From NCBI GenBank assembly GCA_040390125.1, contig JAZJYZ010000001.1:570396-634395 (forward strand): 64,000 bases of DNA. Reading direction: 5' to 3'. Below are positions 1 to 10,141 of this stretch, piece after piece. Each line of letters opens with the position of its first letter. Position 1 is the stretch's first letter. The notes under the pieces are model-generated. The model ran no database searches, had not been told where the DNA came from, and saw nothing but the letters and a program-made list of their open reading frames with translations. The position numbers and the translations under genes are program-made. The stretch is from Patescibacteria group bacterium (GTDB lineage Bacteria; Patescibacteriota; Minisyncoccia; Phycocordibacterales; Phycocordibacteraceae).

Positions 1-219
1 TTTAGGAGCACGTCCTACTGCCATAACAGTTCCAGAAACTTTCGCACCCGAAACAGTTGGAGCACCAATAGAAGCCTCTGAACCGTTGTCGGTAAAAAGC
101 ACTGCATCAAAAGTGATTTTGTCATCCTTCTTGACGTCTGCAATTTTTTCAATCGTAATGATAGAGTTCTCTTTTACGAGATACTGCTTCCCTCCTGTCT
201 TTATAACCGCTATATTCAT
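1..219 (-). CDS. rplU: 50S ribosomal protein L21, 5' part (gene runs off the window start)
   Basis: Reverse translation from ATG at 219 gives MNIAVIKTGGKQYLVKENSIITIEKI..., matching the L21 N-terminal signature (AVIKTGGKQY). It is not in the ORF track because there is no stop in the window. Confidence 0.75.
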   Translation of the reverse strand, partial: MNIAVIKTGGKQYLVKENSIITIEKIADVKKDDKITFDAVLFTDNGSEASIGAPTVSGAKVSGTVMAVGRAPK

Positions 220-262
220 ATCGGAGTATCGTACCAAAAAACCCTTAAAAAGCAACATGAGA

Positions 263-345
263 AAGCTTCCAGGTTTCAGCTTTCAGCTTTCAGCTTTGGA
301 TTCAGAAAAAGCTGGCACCTGGAACCTGACAGCTGAAAGCTCTGT
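263..345. repeat. Heptamer-tiled imperfect palindrome: (AGCTTTC/AGGTTTC)n - loop - (AAGCTGG/CAGCTGA)n
   Basis: Left arm AGCTTCC AGGTTTC AGCTTTC AGCTTTC AGCTTTG, right arm AAGCTGG CACCTGG AACCTGA CAGCTGA AAGCTCT. It lies between rplU and the glmS 3' end. A separate perfect 12-bp hairpin (GTCGAATAGACG...CGTCTATTCGAC) at 344-375 overlaps the glmS stop. Confidence 0.5.
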
Positions 346-364
346 CGAATAGACGGCTTTGCGT

Positions 365-2185
365 CTATTCGACGGTTACTGACTTCGCAAGGTTGCGAGG
401 ACGGTCAACATTAAGTCCTTTGTCTGATGCAAAGTGATAGGCGAAGAGCTGGAGTGCAATGATAGAAAACACCACCGAGAGCTCTTCTGATGCTTTTGGA
501 ATGTAAATAACGTGGTCAGAAACCTCTCTTATTTTTTCATCACCCTCGGTTGCAATCGCAATCACCGGGCCTTTACGGGTGCGTATTTCTATCATATTGG
601 AAACAGTTTTTTCGTATACAGAATCTTGAGGAACAACGGCGACCGTTGGAAAGTTCTCATCTATCATCGCAAGGGGCCCGTGCTTCATCTCTCCTGCTCC
701 ATATCCTTCAGCGTGTACGTATGAAATTTCTTTAAGTTTCAGCGCACCCTCGAGTGCCGCTGGGTAGCTAAATCTACGCCCAATAAAAAGAAAATCCCGT
801 GAGTCTTTATATACGTCCGCAATTTTGTGTATCTCTTCGGACTGCTCTAATACCTTCTTTGCGAGATCTGGCAGGCTTCTGAGCGACTCTGCGAGCGCCA
901 TACCATCTTCCTTCGAGAGCGAACGAGTACGACCAAGGAAAAGTGCTACGAGCGAAAGAATAACTACTTGCGAAACAAGTGCTTTAGTGGAAGCAACTCC
1001 AATTTCAGGTCCTGCATGGTTATACACTCCGGCATCTGTTTCCCGGGCAATGGTGGAGCCTACGGTATTCACGATACCCAAAGTCAGAGCACCATGTCGT
1101 TTTGCTTCACGAATTGCCTCAAGTGTGTCGAGAGTTTCGCCAGACTGGGAGATTGCCAAGACGGCGGTGTTTGGCCTGATCACGGGCTTTCGATAGCGAA
1201 ATTCAGAAGCAAGCTCTACTTCAACAGGAACACCGGCAAGCGCCTCAATTAAATACTCACCAATGAGCCCTGCGTAGTAGGCGGTTCCACAGCCAACAAT
1301 AATAAGTCTGTCTATGTTTTGAAGTTCTTTTTCTACCGATTCAAGACCGCCAAGCTTTGCCTTACCCTCTTCAACGATGAGTCTGCCTCGAAGAGCATTT
1401 TCAATCACTTCAGGCGACTCCATCATCTCTTTCAACATAAAATGCGGGTAGCCTCCTCGTGAAGCCTCGCCCACATCCCACGTTATGGTTTCGGACGGGC
1501 GATCTACCTCACTTTCTGAAAGCGTTCGTACACGGTGCGTTGTGGGTGTGATAATCGCAACATCCCCATCGGAAAGGAACACCATTTTTTTTGTATGCTT
1601 CAAAATTGGAGTTGCATCAGAGGCAATAAAATTCTCTCCGTCCCCTAAGCCCACTACCACCGGGGAGCCCATGCGTGCAGTGATGATGGTGTCGGGCTCT
1701 TTTGCATACGAAATAAGAAGCCCATAGGTACCTCGAAGCTTCTTCAGAGTATCAATAACGGCATCTTCAAAATTGAGATTGTTTCCAAGTGCTCCTTCAA
1801 TAAGGTGTGCAATAACCTCGGTGTCCGTTTCTGATTTAAACGTATGACCTCCTGCCACAAGCTCTTCTTTAAGCTCACGAAAGTTCTCGATGATTCCGTT
1901 ATGGATTACAAACACGTCTCCGTCACAATCACCGTGCGGGTGTGCATTGATTTCATTCGGAGCTCCATGCGTTGCCCAGCGTAAGTGTGCTATTCCAGAA
2001 GTTGCCGAGTACTCTCCTTTCATTTTCTTAGTGAGTTCGGCAACAGCCCCTGGAGTTTTCACCACATCAAAGCCAGGCATGTATACACCCGCAGAGTCGT
2101 ACCCACGATACTCAAGCATTGAAAGACCCTCGAGAAGTATCGGGGATGCTTTTTTAGAGCCGGTATAGGCAAAGATTCCGCACAT
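365..2185 (-). CDS. glmS: Glutamine--fructose-6-phosphate aminotransferase (isomerizing)
   Basis: 606 aa with N-terminal MCGIFAY (Ntn amidotransferase Cys2) and two SIS domains; full-length GlmS architecture. Confidence 0.95.
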   Translation of the reverse strand: MCGIFAYTGSKKASPILLEGLSMLEYRGYDSAGVYMPGFDVVKTPGAVAELTKKMKGEYSATSGIAHLRWATHGAPNEINAHPHGDCDGDVFVIHNGIIENFRELKEELVAGGHTFKSETDTEVIAHLIEGALGNNLNFEDAVIDTLKKLRGTYGLLISYAKEPDTIITARMGSPVVVGLGDGENFIASDATPILKHTKKMVFLSDGDVAIITPTTHRVRTLSESEVDRPSETITWDVGEASRGGYPHFMLKEMMESPEVIENALRGRLIVEEGKAKLGGLESVEKELQNIDRLIIVGCGTAYYAGLIGEYLIEALAGVPVEVELASEFRYRKPVIRPNTAVLAISQSGETLDTLEAIREAKRHGALTLGIVNTVGSTIARETDAGVYNHAGPEIGVASTKALVSQVVILSLVALFLGRTRSLSKEDGMALAESLRSLPDLAKKVLEQSEEIHKIADVYKDSRDFLFIGRRFSYPAALEGALKLKEISYVHAEGYGAGEMKHGPLAMIDENFPTVAVVPQDSVYEKTVSNMIEIRTRKGPVIAIATEGDEKIREVSDHVIYIPKASEELSVVFSIIALQLFAYHFASDKGLNVDRPRNLAKSVTVE

Positions 2186-2230
2186 CTTAGATTTTGTTAG
2201 TGAACGTAGGTGAGCTTAAAAAATCTTAGA

Positions 2231-2285
2231 CCCTGTTAAAGCTGTGCTTCGCAGAGAGCTGTCTTACAGCGGATTTAACAGGGTG
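2231..2285. repeat. ORF-less inverted-repeat mini-element related to the GIY-YIG element ends
   Basis: CCCTGTTAAA (2231-2240) and TTTAACAGGG (2274-2283) form a perfect 10-bp inverted repeat around a 33-nt insert with two small hairpins. The ends match those flanking the GIY-YIG gene at 46359/46652. Confidence 0.45.
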
Positions 2286-2336
2286 ATACTACAATACTAC
2301 CTGAAAGAGGCGGGTTTGGTAACGAGTTTAGGACAA

Positions 2337-3389
2337 TTAATCCTCTTCCCGAGATGGGGCATCAATAACAGGCATGGCAATACCTGGAGCATCGCCCGTA
2401 ATACGCATCACATCCTTATCTATCTTCTTAAACTCCTTACCTGAATTGTTGAAATGATTGACCACCGTGCCGAGCGCATTTCCAAGCTTCGCATGATATT
2501 CCTCAAAGGTTTTGAGGTGTTTACCTAATTCCCCTACTCTCTGCACAATATCTTTTGCCTGTTCTTCAATTTGCATAGCACGAAGCCCCTGCAAAACCGT
2601 CTGCAAGTACGCAAGAAACGACGTTGGCGAGACAATGATGACTTTGTACCTCCCTGCCGCACGCTGAATAAGGTTCTCCGTGTCCTCAGTTACCGCACCA
2701 ATTTTATTAATAAGCAAATCATAATAAATAGCTTCGTGAGGAATAAACATAAACGCAAAATCCATAGTCCCTTCATTAGGGCGAATATATTTTGCTGTTT
2801 CTTGAATACGAAGCTTCAAATCATTTACAAATAGTTTTTCTAATCGTAACTTCTCCGATGGATCAGTAGCTTCGGTGAGACGGTTATAGTTTTCAAGTGA
2901 AAACTTTGAATCAATAGGAATAACTTTATCTTTTACAAACACGGCTGCATCTACAATTTCACCGTTACCGAAAGCATACTGCATTTGATACTGCCCTGGC
3001 GGAAGAACATTCTTCAGTAATGTTTCCAAGTAGTACTCGCCCAAAATACCTCTCTGTTTGGGATTCTTAAGAATGTCTTGCAGATTTTGAAGCTGGTCTG
3101 CAAACGAAACAACTTGCCTGTTAGTTTCATCAAGCTTCGTGAGGCGTTCCGTCACATCACGAATAATGCGGTTCGCCTCTGTTGCCTGATTCTGGGTCGA
3201 CTGCATCAAGTTTTGTGAGGTTTTATCAAGTCTGGCATCAAGTGTTCTGGAAAGTTCCGCAATCCGCTCGTTTATGAGCGAAACCCCCTCCCCTTGCCCA
3301 GTATCCTTTTTTCGAGAAAAGAAAAACACCAAAGCTCCTGCGTTGAGAAGCAAAAGAGCTATCACAAGAACAATAAGAAGTACCTCCAT
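2337..3389 (-). CDS. rmuC: DNA recombination protein RmuC family
   Basis: 350 aa with an N-terminal TM helix, a long coiled coil and a C-terminal RmuC nuclease-like domain. Confidence 0.75.
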   Translation of the reverse strand: MEVLLIVLVIALLLLNAGALVFFFSRKKDTGQGEGVSLINERIAELSRTLDARLDKTSQNLMQSTQNQATEANRIIRDVTERLTKLDETNRQVVSFADQLQNLQDILKNPKQRGILGEYYLETLLKNVLPPGQYQMQYAFGNGEIVDAAVFVKDKVIPIDSKFSLENYNRLTEATDPSEKLRLEKLFVNDLKLRIQETAKYIRPNEGTMDFAFMFIPHEAIYYDLLINKIGAVTEDTENLIQRAAGRYKVIIVSPTSFLAYLQTVLQGLRAMQIEEQAKDIVQRVGELGKHLKTFEEYHAKLGNALGTVVNHFNNSGKEFKKIDKDVMRITGDAPGIAMPVIDAPSREED

Positions 3390-3592
3390 TTCGTTGATTA
3401 TAACAGAGTGCAGGTGTATGCTCTTTTCATGGCTGAAGGTGTAGAAAAACCAGTACTAAACTCAACGGACCATATGTCTGAAAAGCACAGGAAGATTTTT
3501 ATTGGTTTATATCTTCTAGCTATGGCGGGTGTTCTGGTAGCTGGAACAGTTGCTAATTATTTGCACGCAAAGCCACATTCAAAGTAACCATT

Positions 3593-4045
3593 ATGCTCCA
3601 AGCTCAAATCAAAACAGACATGGTGGCAGCAATGAAGGCACGTGAAGCCCTCAAAGTTGAAGTGCTCCGTGGGCTTATGTCTGCCTGCACCAATGAACTC
3701 GTTGCCCTGAAACGCCTTCCTACAGACCAACTTGCTGACCAAGAAGTGCTGACAGTTATCCGTCGTGAAGTTAAAAAACGAAAAGATGCATTTGAACAAT
3801 TCACTAAAGGCAATCGTCCTGAACTAGCTCAAAAAGAAGAAGCTGAACGTGCAATACTCGAAGCATATCTTCCCGCAATGATGAGCCAAGATGATATTCG
3901 CAAGATTGCAGAAGCTAAAAAAATAGAAATGGGCGTCACCGATAAAAAAGAAGCCGGCAAATTTATGGGAGCTCTCATGAAAGACCTCCAAGGAAAAGCT
4001 GACGGTGCGGATGTTAAAGCGGTAATTGACTCACTTTTTGTATAA
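3593..4045 (+). CDS. GatB/YqeY domain-containing protein
   Basis: 150 aa; MLQAQIKTDMVAAMKAREALKVEVLRGL... matches the YqeY/GatB C-terminal domain family. Confidence 0.8.
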   Translation: MLQAQIKTDMVAAMKAREALKVEVLRGLMSACTNELVALKRLPTDQLADQEVLTVIRREVKKRKDAFEQFTKGNRPELAQKEEAERAILEAYLPAMMSQDDIRKIAEAKKIEMGVTDKKEAGKFMGALMKDLQGKADGADVKAVIDSLFV

Positions 4046-4077
4046 GCGTTTTATATAAGCGTCAGTAAGTAACCTGT

Positions 4078-4395
4078 ATGGGAGAAAGCGACAGTTGGTA
4101 CAAGGAGCACCACGACAGAAATCATCCTTTCATAACAATTGCTGACAAAATTCGAGGTATATATTTTATACGATGGGTTTTTATTAGTCGCTCTAAGGAT
4201 AAATTTGAACTAGCTAGAGAGTGGGCAAAGGAACAACATAAGTTACTGTTAAAAGCACAACACAGAAGAAAACAGAAAAAAAAGCCCGATATGTGGAAGC
4301 ACCGAAACCCGGAAAATATAGTGGGCGTAAAAACTAAGACAAGAGTCCGCACCGTGGTAGAGCAAGCACCTTCAGCATACATAAACGCTGAGTAA
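4078..4395 (+). CDS. Hypothetical basic protein
   Basis: 105-aa Lys/Arg-rich ORF, followed by a strong hairpin terminator. Confidence 0.35.
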   Translation: MGESDSWYKEHHDRNHPFITIADKIRGIYFIRWVFISRSKDKFELAREWAKEQHKLLLKAQHRRKQKKKPDMWKHRNPENIVGVKTKTRVRTVVEQAPSAYINAE

Positions 4396-4399
4396 GGCT

Positions 4400-4440
4400 C
4401 TGAAAAAATGAACGACTTACGAAGTCGTTCATTTTTTCAG
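4400..4440. terminator. Intrinsic terminator hairpin (19-bp stem)
   Basis: CTGAAAAAATGAACGACTT-acg-AAGTCGTTCATTTTTTCAG. The A/T runs sit inside the stem, so it could act in either direction. Confidence 0.6.
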
Positions 4441-4534
4441 AGGTTAATGGCAGATATACGATGTCTGCCATAGGGCTGTGTATCTTGTAACTATGTTGGG
4501 TTTCGTAAACCCAACATCAAAACACTGGGTAGGT

Positions 4535-5515
4535 CTATGCTTGTGTTTCTTTTCGGGATGCGAGGTAACATACTAGCCCAGCACTTTCTTGATGCTCGGG
4601 TTTCTTTGGGAAAAGAATTATTCCGTTCACTGATGAGTGCACCGGTATATTCCCTTGATACCCAATGATTTCACCTTTCGCTATGGGGGCGAACCCCTGG
4701 TCTTTCCCTTCCGCAAAGATAAATGGTCGATTCGCATCATACGGAACTGATGTCACCACTCTGTACTCAGAGCCCGATGGAGGAAGCTCCGGCAACACAC
4801 CCTCCACCATTCCTCGTTCAATGAGAATCGCACGAATGGCTTCAAACACAGGGATAGTATTTCGCATATCAGTTGCCTGTCCTGATTCGTAGCAAATGCC
4901 TACTTTCCCAAAATCATCTGCCACCTCATCAATAGAGCCTCCGCCACCTGAAACTATCCTTTCAGGATCAAGTACCACAGACTCTCGAGGAAGCCATTTG
5001 TAGACAGAGCTGTGCTCTTCATCTCCAAGTGCACACACAAACGCTGGCGAGGGCCTATTAGTTGAATGAAGGTCAATGACGATGTCCGACGAGCGAATTG
5101 CTTCTGTAATTTTTTGTGCACGACTCCCTTCCCATCCTTTATCTTCCCTACCCGAAAGAACTGAAGGTGTAAAAATTCTATTCAAGTCAATCCCTCCCGA
5201 TGCTGTTCGCTGGTCAGCCTCTATTGCACGTGTATTTCCAAGGGTAAGTTGTACTTCACCTGAAACAAGTTTCAAATCGCCATTCTCTAAACTTTGACGC
5301 ATCATGTCAGCAACAAGAACCCCGAGAACTTCATTTCCGTGCGTACCCCCGACAATAAGAATAGAAGGCCCTCGTCTTTCGCCAGAGTAGCGGAGTGTCT
5401 TTTCACCAAATGTACGGAGTGCTTCAAGAACACGCCCTCGGACTTCAGGTTCTCTATCTTCACCTGCAGTACTCATAGGTCTATTTTCGCGTCCATTTCT
5501 CATATGTTTTACCAT
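4535..5515 (-). CDS. Succinylglutamate desuccinylase/aspartoacylase (AstE/AspA) family zinc hydrolase
   Basis: 326 aa with GGTHGNE, DLNR and IDLHST motifs typical of the AstE/AspA family. Confidence 0.7.
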   Translation of the reverse strand: MVKHMRNGRENRPMSTAGEDREPEVRGRVLEALRTFGEKTLRYSGERRGPSILIVGGTHGNEVLGVLVADMMRQSLENGDLKLVSGEVQLTLGNTRAIEADQRTASGGIDLNRIFTPSVLSGREDKGWEGSRAQKITEAIRSSDIVIDLHSTNRPSPAFVCALGDEEHSSVYKWLPRESVVLDPERIVSGGGGSIDEVADDFGKVGICYESGQATDMRNTIPVFEAIRAILIERGMVEGVLPELPPSGSEYRVVTSVPYDANRPFIFAEGKDQGFAPIAKGEIIGYQGNIPVHSSVNGIILFPKKPEHQESAGLVCYLASRKETQA

Positions 5516-5759
5516 TTTTATGGGGTTGAATATATAAATTTCAAATAAAAAGAAAAACAGCCTCCTTCGAGGCTGTTTTGGAATCTTTACTTTTGAAATT
5601 TAAAAATCCACCGACAACCTCAAAAGAGGCTTCGCTTCACTGAACCCAAAACCGTCATTGATATGTATTCCATGAATATATAGTATGTATCGTTTTTATA
5701 CATGTGTCAATATATGTAAGACATACGATGTCTTACATATCCCAAAAAATCGACATTCT

Positions 5760-6290
5760 TTAAAATATGGAGAAAAGAAACGGCAGAGCGTACGAGTAGC
5801 TGAGATACGCACTCACAATGCCAATAAGGAGCCCTGCAATCATGTCGGAGGGATAATGCAACCCGGCAATAATACGTGCAATGGCAATGAGAGCGGTTGT
5901 GGCGAAAAATGCGACCCCGAGTAAAGGATTAAAGAAAAGAACAAACGTTGAAAGTGCAAAGAAAAAGAGTGCGTGCCCTGAGGGAAATGAAGGAGATTTG
6001 AGTTGAATGAACGGTTTGAGCGAGTGCGCTTTGAACGGTCGAGGCACGGGATGGAAAAATCTAATAAGGCTTCCAAAAACAAAGCGTGCCATGAGCCCTG
6101 CAATCAGAGCAGAGGCACATACAAGAATACTCTCTCTCAAGGGTGTCTGAACAAGGAAAAGGTACACCGGCAACGCCAGAGTAAGCGGATACGCAATATA
6201 GGAACCAAAAAACATAATCAAAAAATCCCCTAGCCTACTCTTGCGGGCAAGACTGTTGAGAGAGAAAAATACTTTTGTATCTAGATTCAT
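5760..6290 (-). CDS. PAP2 family phosphatase (membrane)
   Basis: 176 aa, multi-TM, with the SFPSGHA PAP2 motif. Confidence 0.75.
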   Translation of the reverse strand: MNLDTKVFFSLNSLARKSRLGDFLIMFFGSYIAYPLTLALPVYLFLVQTPLRESILVCASALIAGLMARFVFGSLIRFFHPVPRPFKAHSLKPFIQLKSPSFPSGHALFFFALSTFVLFFNPLLGVAFFATTALIAIARIIAGLHYPSDMIAGLLIGIVSAYLSYSYALPFLFSIF

Positions 6291-6508
6291 GAAAAGTTGA
6301 ACTTTTTTACCGGGAGCCTTTTTTATTTCTTGAATTTAAAATGCGGAAAACAATTTCATCCCAAACTTTATGCCATGTGGGAAGTTTGCCTAACGCATCG
6401 AAGACAGAGCCAAATACTGGCGGTGGCAGTTCACTCACCTACTCAGTATATCCTGAGGAAATAGCGGTACGCTCGAGCGACATACGATATAGTAGTAGAA
6501 AAGAGTGT

Positions 6509-8419
6509 ATGAAAAAGCCTTCTCTTACGTCTACTAAAAGCATGAAGACACATATCTACCTCGGAGCGTTAACCATTTCGCTGGCACTCGGTATTGCACC
6601 AAGTGCTTTTGGTGCTGAAATCAGTTATACGGACGTGCGAGAACGCATTGGTGATCAGGTGCTAGTGCGTCAGAGCGGATTTACTACAGAAAATTGGTAC
6701 AAATGTTTTATAAGTACACGAGCCTGCGAAGGAGTAGCTTCAAGTACCACACTCGCTGGCGCTCCTCTCGTTGACGGCTCCACTCGCTCTGTCTCCCCTG
6801 CTGGAACCAATACTCTTATCACTTCCTATCCTGCTCCTTCATATCAGGTGGTGCGACAACTCTTCTCACGAACTCCAGACGGTGCTACATCACTCATCGC
6901 AACCCTTCCCTCGTTCCCTGAAACTAAAAGAACACTCTGGACCAGTGATGCAAACGCACTACTTTTCATTACGGGAGGAAACGAAGTAAAAAAGTACGAC
7001 ATCAGCACAAACACCGTCTCTACAGGGGGCACTCTCCCACCAGGCGCTTCATGGCTCAGTGTTTCTCCTAATGGGCGTTACGTTGCTTTCTATATACCAG
7101 CAACGCAAACGAGGGGCACCCGCACATTCGGCATTTTGGACACGGTAAATCAGTCTATTCATACAAAAGTTGAAACACTGGGATACTGGGATCTTTTAAC
7201 GGAGGGCATTCGCATCTTTGCTTTCTCACCTGACTCAACCTCCCTCATCTATATTGACGACATTAAAAACCAACCAACGCTGTACCGTGTCACTCTCTCT
7301 TCCCTCAAAGCAGGCGGTGGCACATTCATCAGCCAAAGAATGTTCTCTCGTGAATACGCCGTTACGGATGTTTTTTGGAAAGACGCTGGCACAATATTTT
7401 TTACGGCAAACCGCGATAACCCGTACCAATATTCTCTGTACGAATATGTTTTGAAGAGCGGAGCACTCAAGAAGATTGCTGACAATGTTTCGTATGCCAC
7501 CCCCCTGCAGAAAGTTGGAAACGTCTATTTATTTGCTGAAGCAACTGAAACAGGCATTCGACCTAAAATCTACGATCCAAAAACTAAGGCACTCCAAACG
7601 CTCTCCGTACCTGCCGGCAACGCTCAAACTTCAAAAGGAAAAGTAGTAAAACTCAAAAGCGGACTCTCTGGAGTATTTCTTTTGGAATCAAGCAAGCACT
7701 CCGACACACTGCTTGTGTGGCTCCATGGCGGTCCCTACCGGCAAACGAGTGTCGGCTATCACCCATACATGAGCTACGGCGGGTATGACTGGATTCTGGA
7801 AAATGCCAGAAGCTCTAACGTTGGCGTCTTAAAACTCGACTACCCTGGGTCTGCCGGTTTCGGACGTCTATTTGCTGAATCTATCTCTGGCAAAGTGGGC
7901 GTGAAAGATGCCTTAGACACTAAGTCAGCAATCAAAGACTTCGCTGCTCGAAATGGTTATAAAAACATTTACGTCATGGGAAACAGTTACGGCGGATACT
8001 TAGCTCTGAAGCTTCTCACTGACACTCCTACTATGTACAAAGGAGCAATCTCAATAAACGGCGTTGCCGACTGGCTTACACTCCTCAGCAACCTCAACAA
8101 TTCCATATTCAACGTGCAGTTCGGAGGCCCCGTTGGAGAAGAAAATTATGCACTCCATGCAGATGCTTCTATCTACAACGGCATCGCCAATCTCACGACG
8201 CAAAAAGTAATCTTGGCGCACGGAGACAAAGACATGACCATCCCCTACTCGGAATCAAAAGGCCTCTCCATCGCCCTAGAGCTTATACACAAAGACGTTA
8301 CGCTTCTCACATTCGCCGGCGAAGATCATGTATACAAGAAGCCAGAGAGCTTCGAGACTTTATGTAAGGCAACACTCCAACTACTTGCTGTAACTGACAC
8401 TACAAAATGTGAACTGTAA
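6509..8419 (+). CDS. Secreted S9 family (prolyl oligopeptidase/dipeptidyl aminopeptidase-like) serine peptidase with N-terminal beta-propeller region
   Basis: The ORF opens at 6341, but the plausible start is ATG 6509 (MKKPSLTS... followed by a signal peptide). The C-terminal part has GNSYGGY (GxSxG), HGDKDMTIP and a His near the end. Confidence 0.75.
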   Translation: MKKPSLTSTKSMKTHIYLGALTISLALGIAPSAFGAEISYTDVRERIGDQVLVRQSGFTTENWYKCFISTRACEGVASSTTLAGAPLVDGSTRSVSPAGTNTLITSYPAPSYQVVRQLFSRTPDGATSLIATLPSFPETKRTLWTSDANALLFITGGNEVKKYDISTNTVSTGGTLPPGASWLSVSPNGRYVAFYIPATQTRGTRTFGILDTVNQSIHTKVETLGYWDLLTEGIRIFAFSPDSTSLIYIDDIKNQPTLYRVTLSSLKAGGGTFISQRMFSREYAVTDVFWKDAGTIFFTANRDNPYQYSLYEYVLKSGALKKIADNVSYATPLQKVGNVYLFAEATETGIRPKIYDPKTKALQTLSVPAGNAQTSKGKVVKLKSGLSGVFLLESSKHSDTLLVWLHGGPYRQTSVGYHPYMSYGGYDWILENARSSNVGVLKLDYPGSAGFGRLFAESISGKVGVKDALDTKSAIKDFAARNGYKNIYVMGNSYGGYLALKLLTDTPTMYKGAISINGVADWLTLLSNLNNSIFNVQFGGPVGEENYALHADASIYNGIANLTTQKVILAHGDKDMTIPYSESKGLSIALELIHKDVTLLTFAGEDHVYKKPESFETLCKATLQLLAVTDTTKCEL

Positions 8420-8430
8420 CAGGGAAGGTT

Positions 8431-8736
8431 CTAGAGAAAAGTCGAAAAGAAGAGACCTACAAGAAAAAGAACGGTGAAGCCAGCGAACGTTGCTACTGTT
8501 TTTACTAAGAGCTCTAGTGGGGCTTTCTTCTCCCCTTCTAAGTACAGCTTCACAGGCTGGTACCCAAACAAGCATGCCATCACGCACACCGAGAGAACGA
8601 AGAGCGAGAGGATGGCGATAGGAATCATCACACTTTCAGAAGGTCCAAAGGTCTTAGGAACGTAATACATGAACGATGCCACGAGAACTACATAGAGCGC
8701 TCCGGAGAGTGCGTTGAGAAAATAGTTTTTAGTCAT
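8431..8736 (-). CDS. Hypothetical 3-TM membrane protein
   Basis: 101-aa hydrophobic ORF at the downstream end of the putative metal cluster. Confidence 0.4.
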   Translation of the reverse strand: MTKNYFLNALSGALYVVLVASFMYYVPKTFGPSESVMIPIAILSLFVLSVCVMACLFGYQPVKLYLEGEKKAPLELLVKTVATFAGFTVLFLVGLFFSTFL

Positions 8737-8837
8737 AGATATAGTGTATACCGGATGAGAAGGCTGTATGGTTACAGAGATCTATACAACAAAACACACC
8801 TCTAGAGGTGTGTTTTGTTTCTAATGCCGTAGGTGTG

Positions 8838-9197
8838 CTATTGAGCGAACCAACTACTTCGCCAATCTTTCATCATCTGTATCTCCCCTTTTTGGGCAGT
8901 AATGATGTCGCCTCCGAGCTTTATGAGCTCTGGTCGCTTTGTACCCTTAAGGAGTGTTTCTGCCATCTCAACGGCTCCTTCGTGATGAATAATCATCTCC
9001 TCCAGAAAAGCTTTATCGAGTTCGTCTCCGCTTTTACCCGACAAACCCATTGTCATGCCGTTCATAGCACCGTGCATACTAGACATGTCGGACTGTACTT
9101 GGACTACTGGGCGACTTACTCCTACAAAGTAGCCAATCACAAGGCCGAGTATAAGAGTGAGAAGTCCAATGATAAGAGTGTTGTTTTTTATTTCCAT
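8838..9197 (-). CDS. DUF305 domain protein (metal-binding four-helix bundle, copper-resistance associated)
   Basis: 119 aa with an N-terminal TM helix and the EMIIHHEGAVEMA motif characteristic of DUF305. Confidence 0.7.
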   Translation of the reverse strand: MEIKNNTLIIGLLTLILGLVIGYFVGVSRPVVQVQSDMSSMHGAMNGMTMGLSGKSGDELDKAFLEEMIIHHEGAVEMAETLLKGTKRPELIKLGGDIITAQKGEIQMMKDWRSSWFAQ

Positions 9198-9237
9198 AGT
9201 TTTTTATGAGTGTAAATAATACAAAACAAAAAACTAT

Positions 9238-9639
9238 CTACGGTGCACGAGGACTTATACTACTTGCAAGAAAAAGCGATATTAGAAAATATGCATACGA
9301 ATCCCTTGAATGCAGAGAAGTGACGTGTTGTGTTGAAGTATCTGGTGGATCAAAAAGATGACGGAACAACATTGGTGCAAACAGTGTTGCAAAAAGGAGT
9401 GCTCCAAAAGTAACAAACTCAGGGGTAAGTCCCGCAAACAGTGTGTGCCATGAAGTGAGATGGGCAAAAATATTCATTTCACACAAGACCGCTTCGCCCG
9501 GCATAAACGGGCAATCGTCCATACTACCCATGCCGTGATGACTCATTCCCGCCATGGCAAGTGGTGCAAAAATGCCTACCAAAAGAAAAGTGAGGATAAG
9601 CAAAGCGGAGAGGAGCTGATTTTTAGACAAATTAAACAC
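9238..9639 (-). CDS. Membrane protein with Met/His-rich motif (MSHHGMGSMDDCPFMPG)
   Basis: 133 aa and multi-TM. The Met/His cluster resembles Cu(I)-binding Mets motifs. Confidence 0.5.
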   Translation of the reverse strand: MFNLSKNQLLSALLILTFLLVGIFAPLAMAGMSHHGMGSMDDCPFMPGEAVLCEMNIFAHLTSWHTLFAGLTPEFVTFGALLFATLFAPMLFRHLFDPPDTSTQHVTSLHSRDSYAYFLISLFLASSISPRAP

Positions 9640-9645
9640 AAAAGG

Positions 9646-10116
9646 TTAGTGATTATGGTGATCTCCTAAAACCGCATGACCTTTGCCTCGGGCTATGAGC
9701 CACCTATTAACGGGATATGCCGCAACTCCGGCAATGGCAAGACTGACGGCTAAACTCCCCCAAAACATGAAGGTAGTAAGTTCAGCATCCAGTGCACCTG
9801 GAATAAAAACCATTACCACGTTGTCCACAATTTCCATGGTCGTTATAGAAAGTGTGTCAGAAGCGAATGCGAGTCCTAGTGCCGTACCAAGTGCCATGCC
9901 AGAGCGTACAAGAGGCAAAAGCGTCAAAGAATATCCGAAGGCAAATGCCAAAGCAATCGCAATGAATATTGTGACTGCATTGCTAAGACCGAATGCCGTA
10001 CCAATAACCATACCGAAGACCTCACCTATGGCACATCCTGTGAGGCAGTGAAGCGTGGCACTGAAAGCAACCTTGTTCAAAGACGTATGTGCATGTGCAT
10101 GATGTGTATGTTCCAT
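9646..10116 (-). CDS. DUF4396 domain membrane protein with His-rich termini
   Basis: 156 aa. The N-terminus is MEHTHHAHAH and the C-terminus GDHHNH. The LHCLTGCAIGEV core matches DUF4396. Confidence 0.65.
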   Translation of the reverse strand: MEHTHHAHAHTSLNKVAFSATLHCLTGCAIGEVFGMVIGTAFGLSNAVTIFIAIALAFAFGYSLTLLPLVRSGMALGTALGLAFASDTLSITTMEIVDNVVMVFIPGALDAELTTFMFWGSLAVSLAIAGVAAYPVNRWLIARGKGHAVLGDHHNH

Positions 10117-10141
10117 AGTTGGAGATTCAAATCATTACGAA

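Noticed and set aside
263-345. CRISPR array (many short repeats)
   Set aside because: The repeats are 7-mers forming inverted arms, not 25-40-nt direct repeats with unique spacers. No cas genes are present.
825-2168. Several 60-130-aa plus-strand ORFs inside glmS, and similar internal or antisense ORFs inside most large genes
   Set aside because: They are embedded antisense within well-supported CDSs and are treated as spurious.
3294-3587. 97-aa ORF overlapping the rmuC start
   Set aside because: The 5' half overlaps rmuC. Only a short hydrophobic tail (from about 3432) could be real, with no supporting signals.
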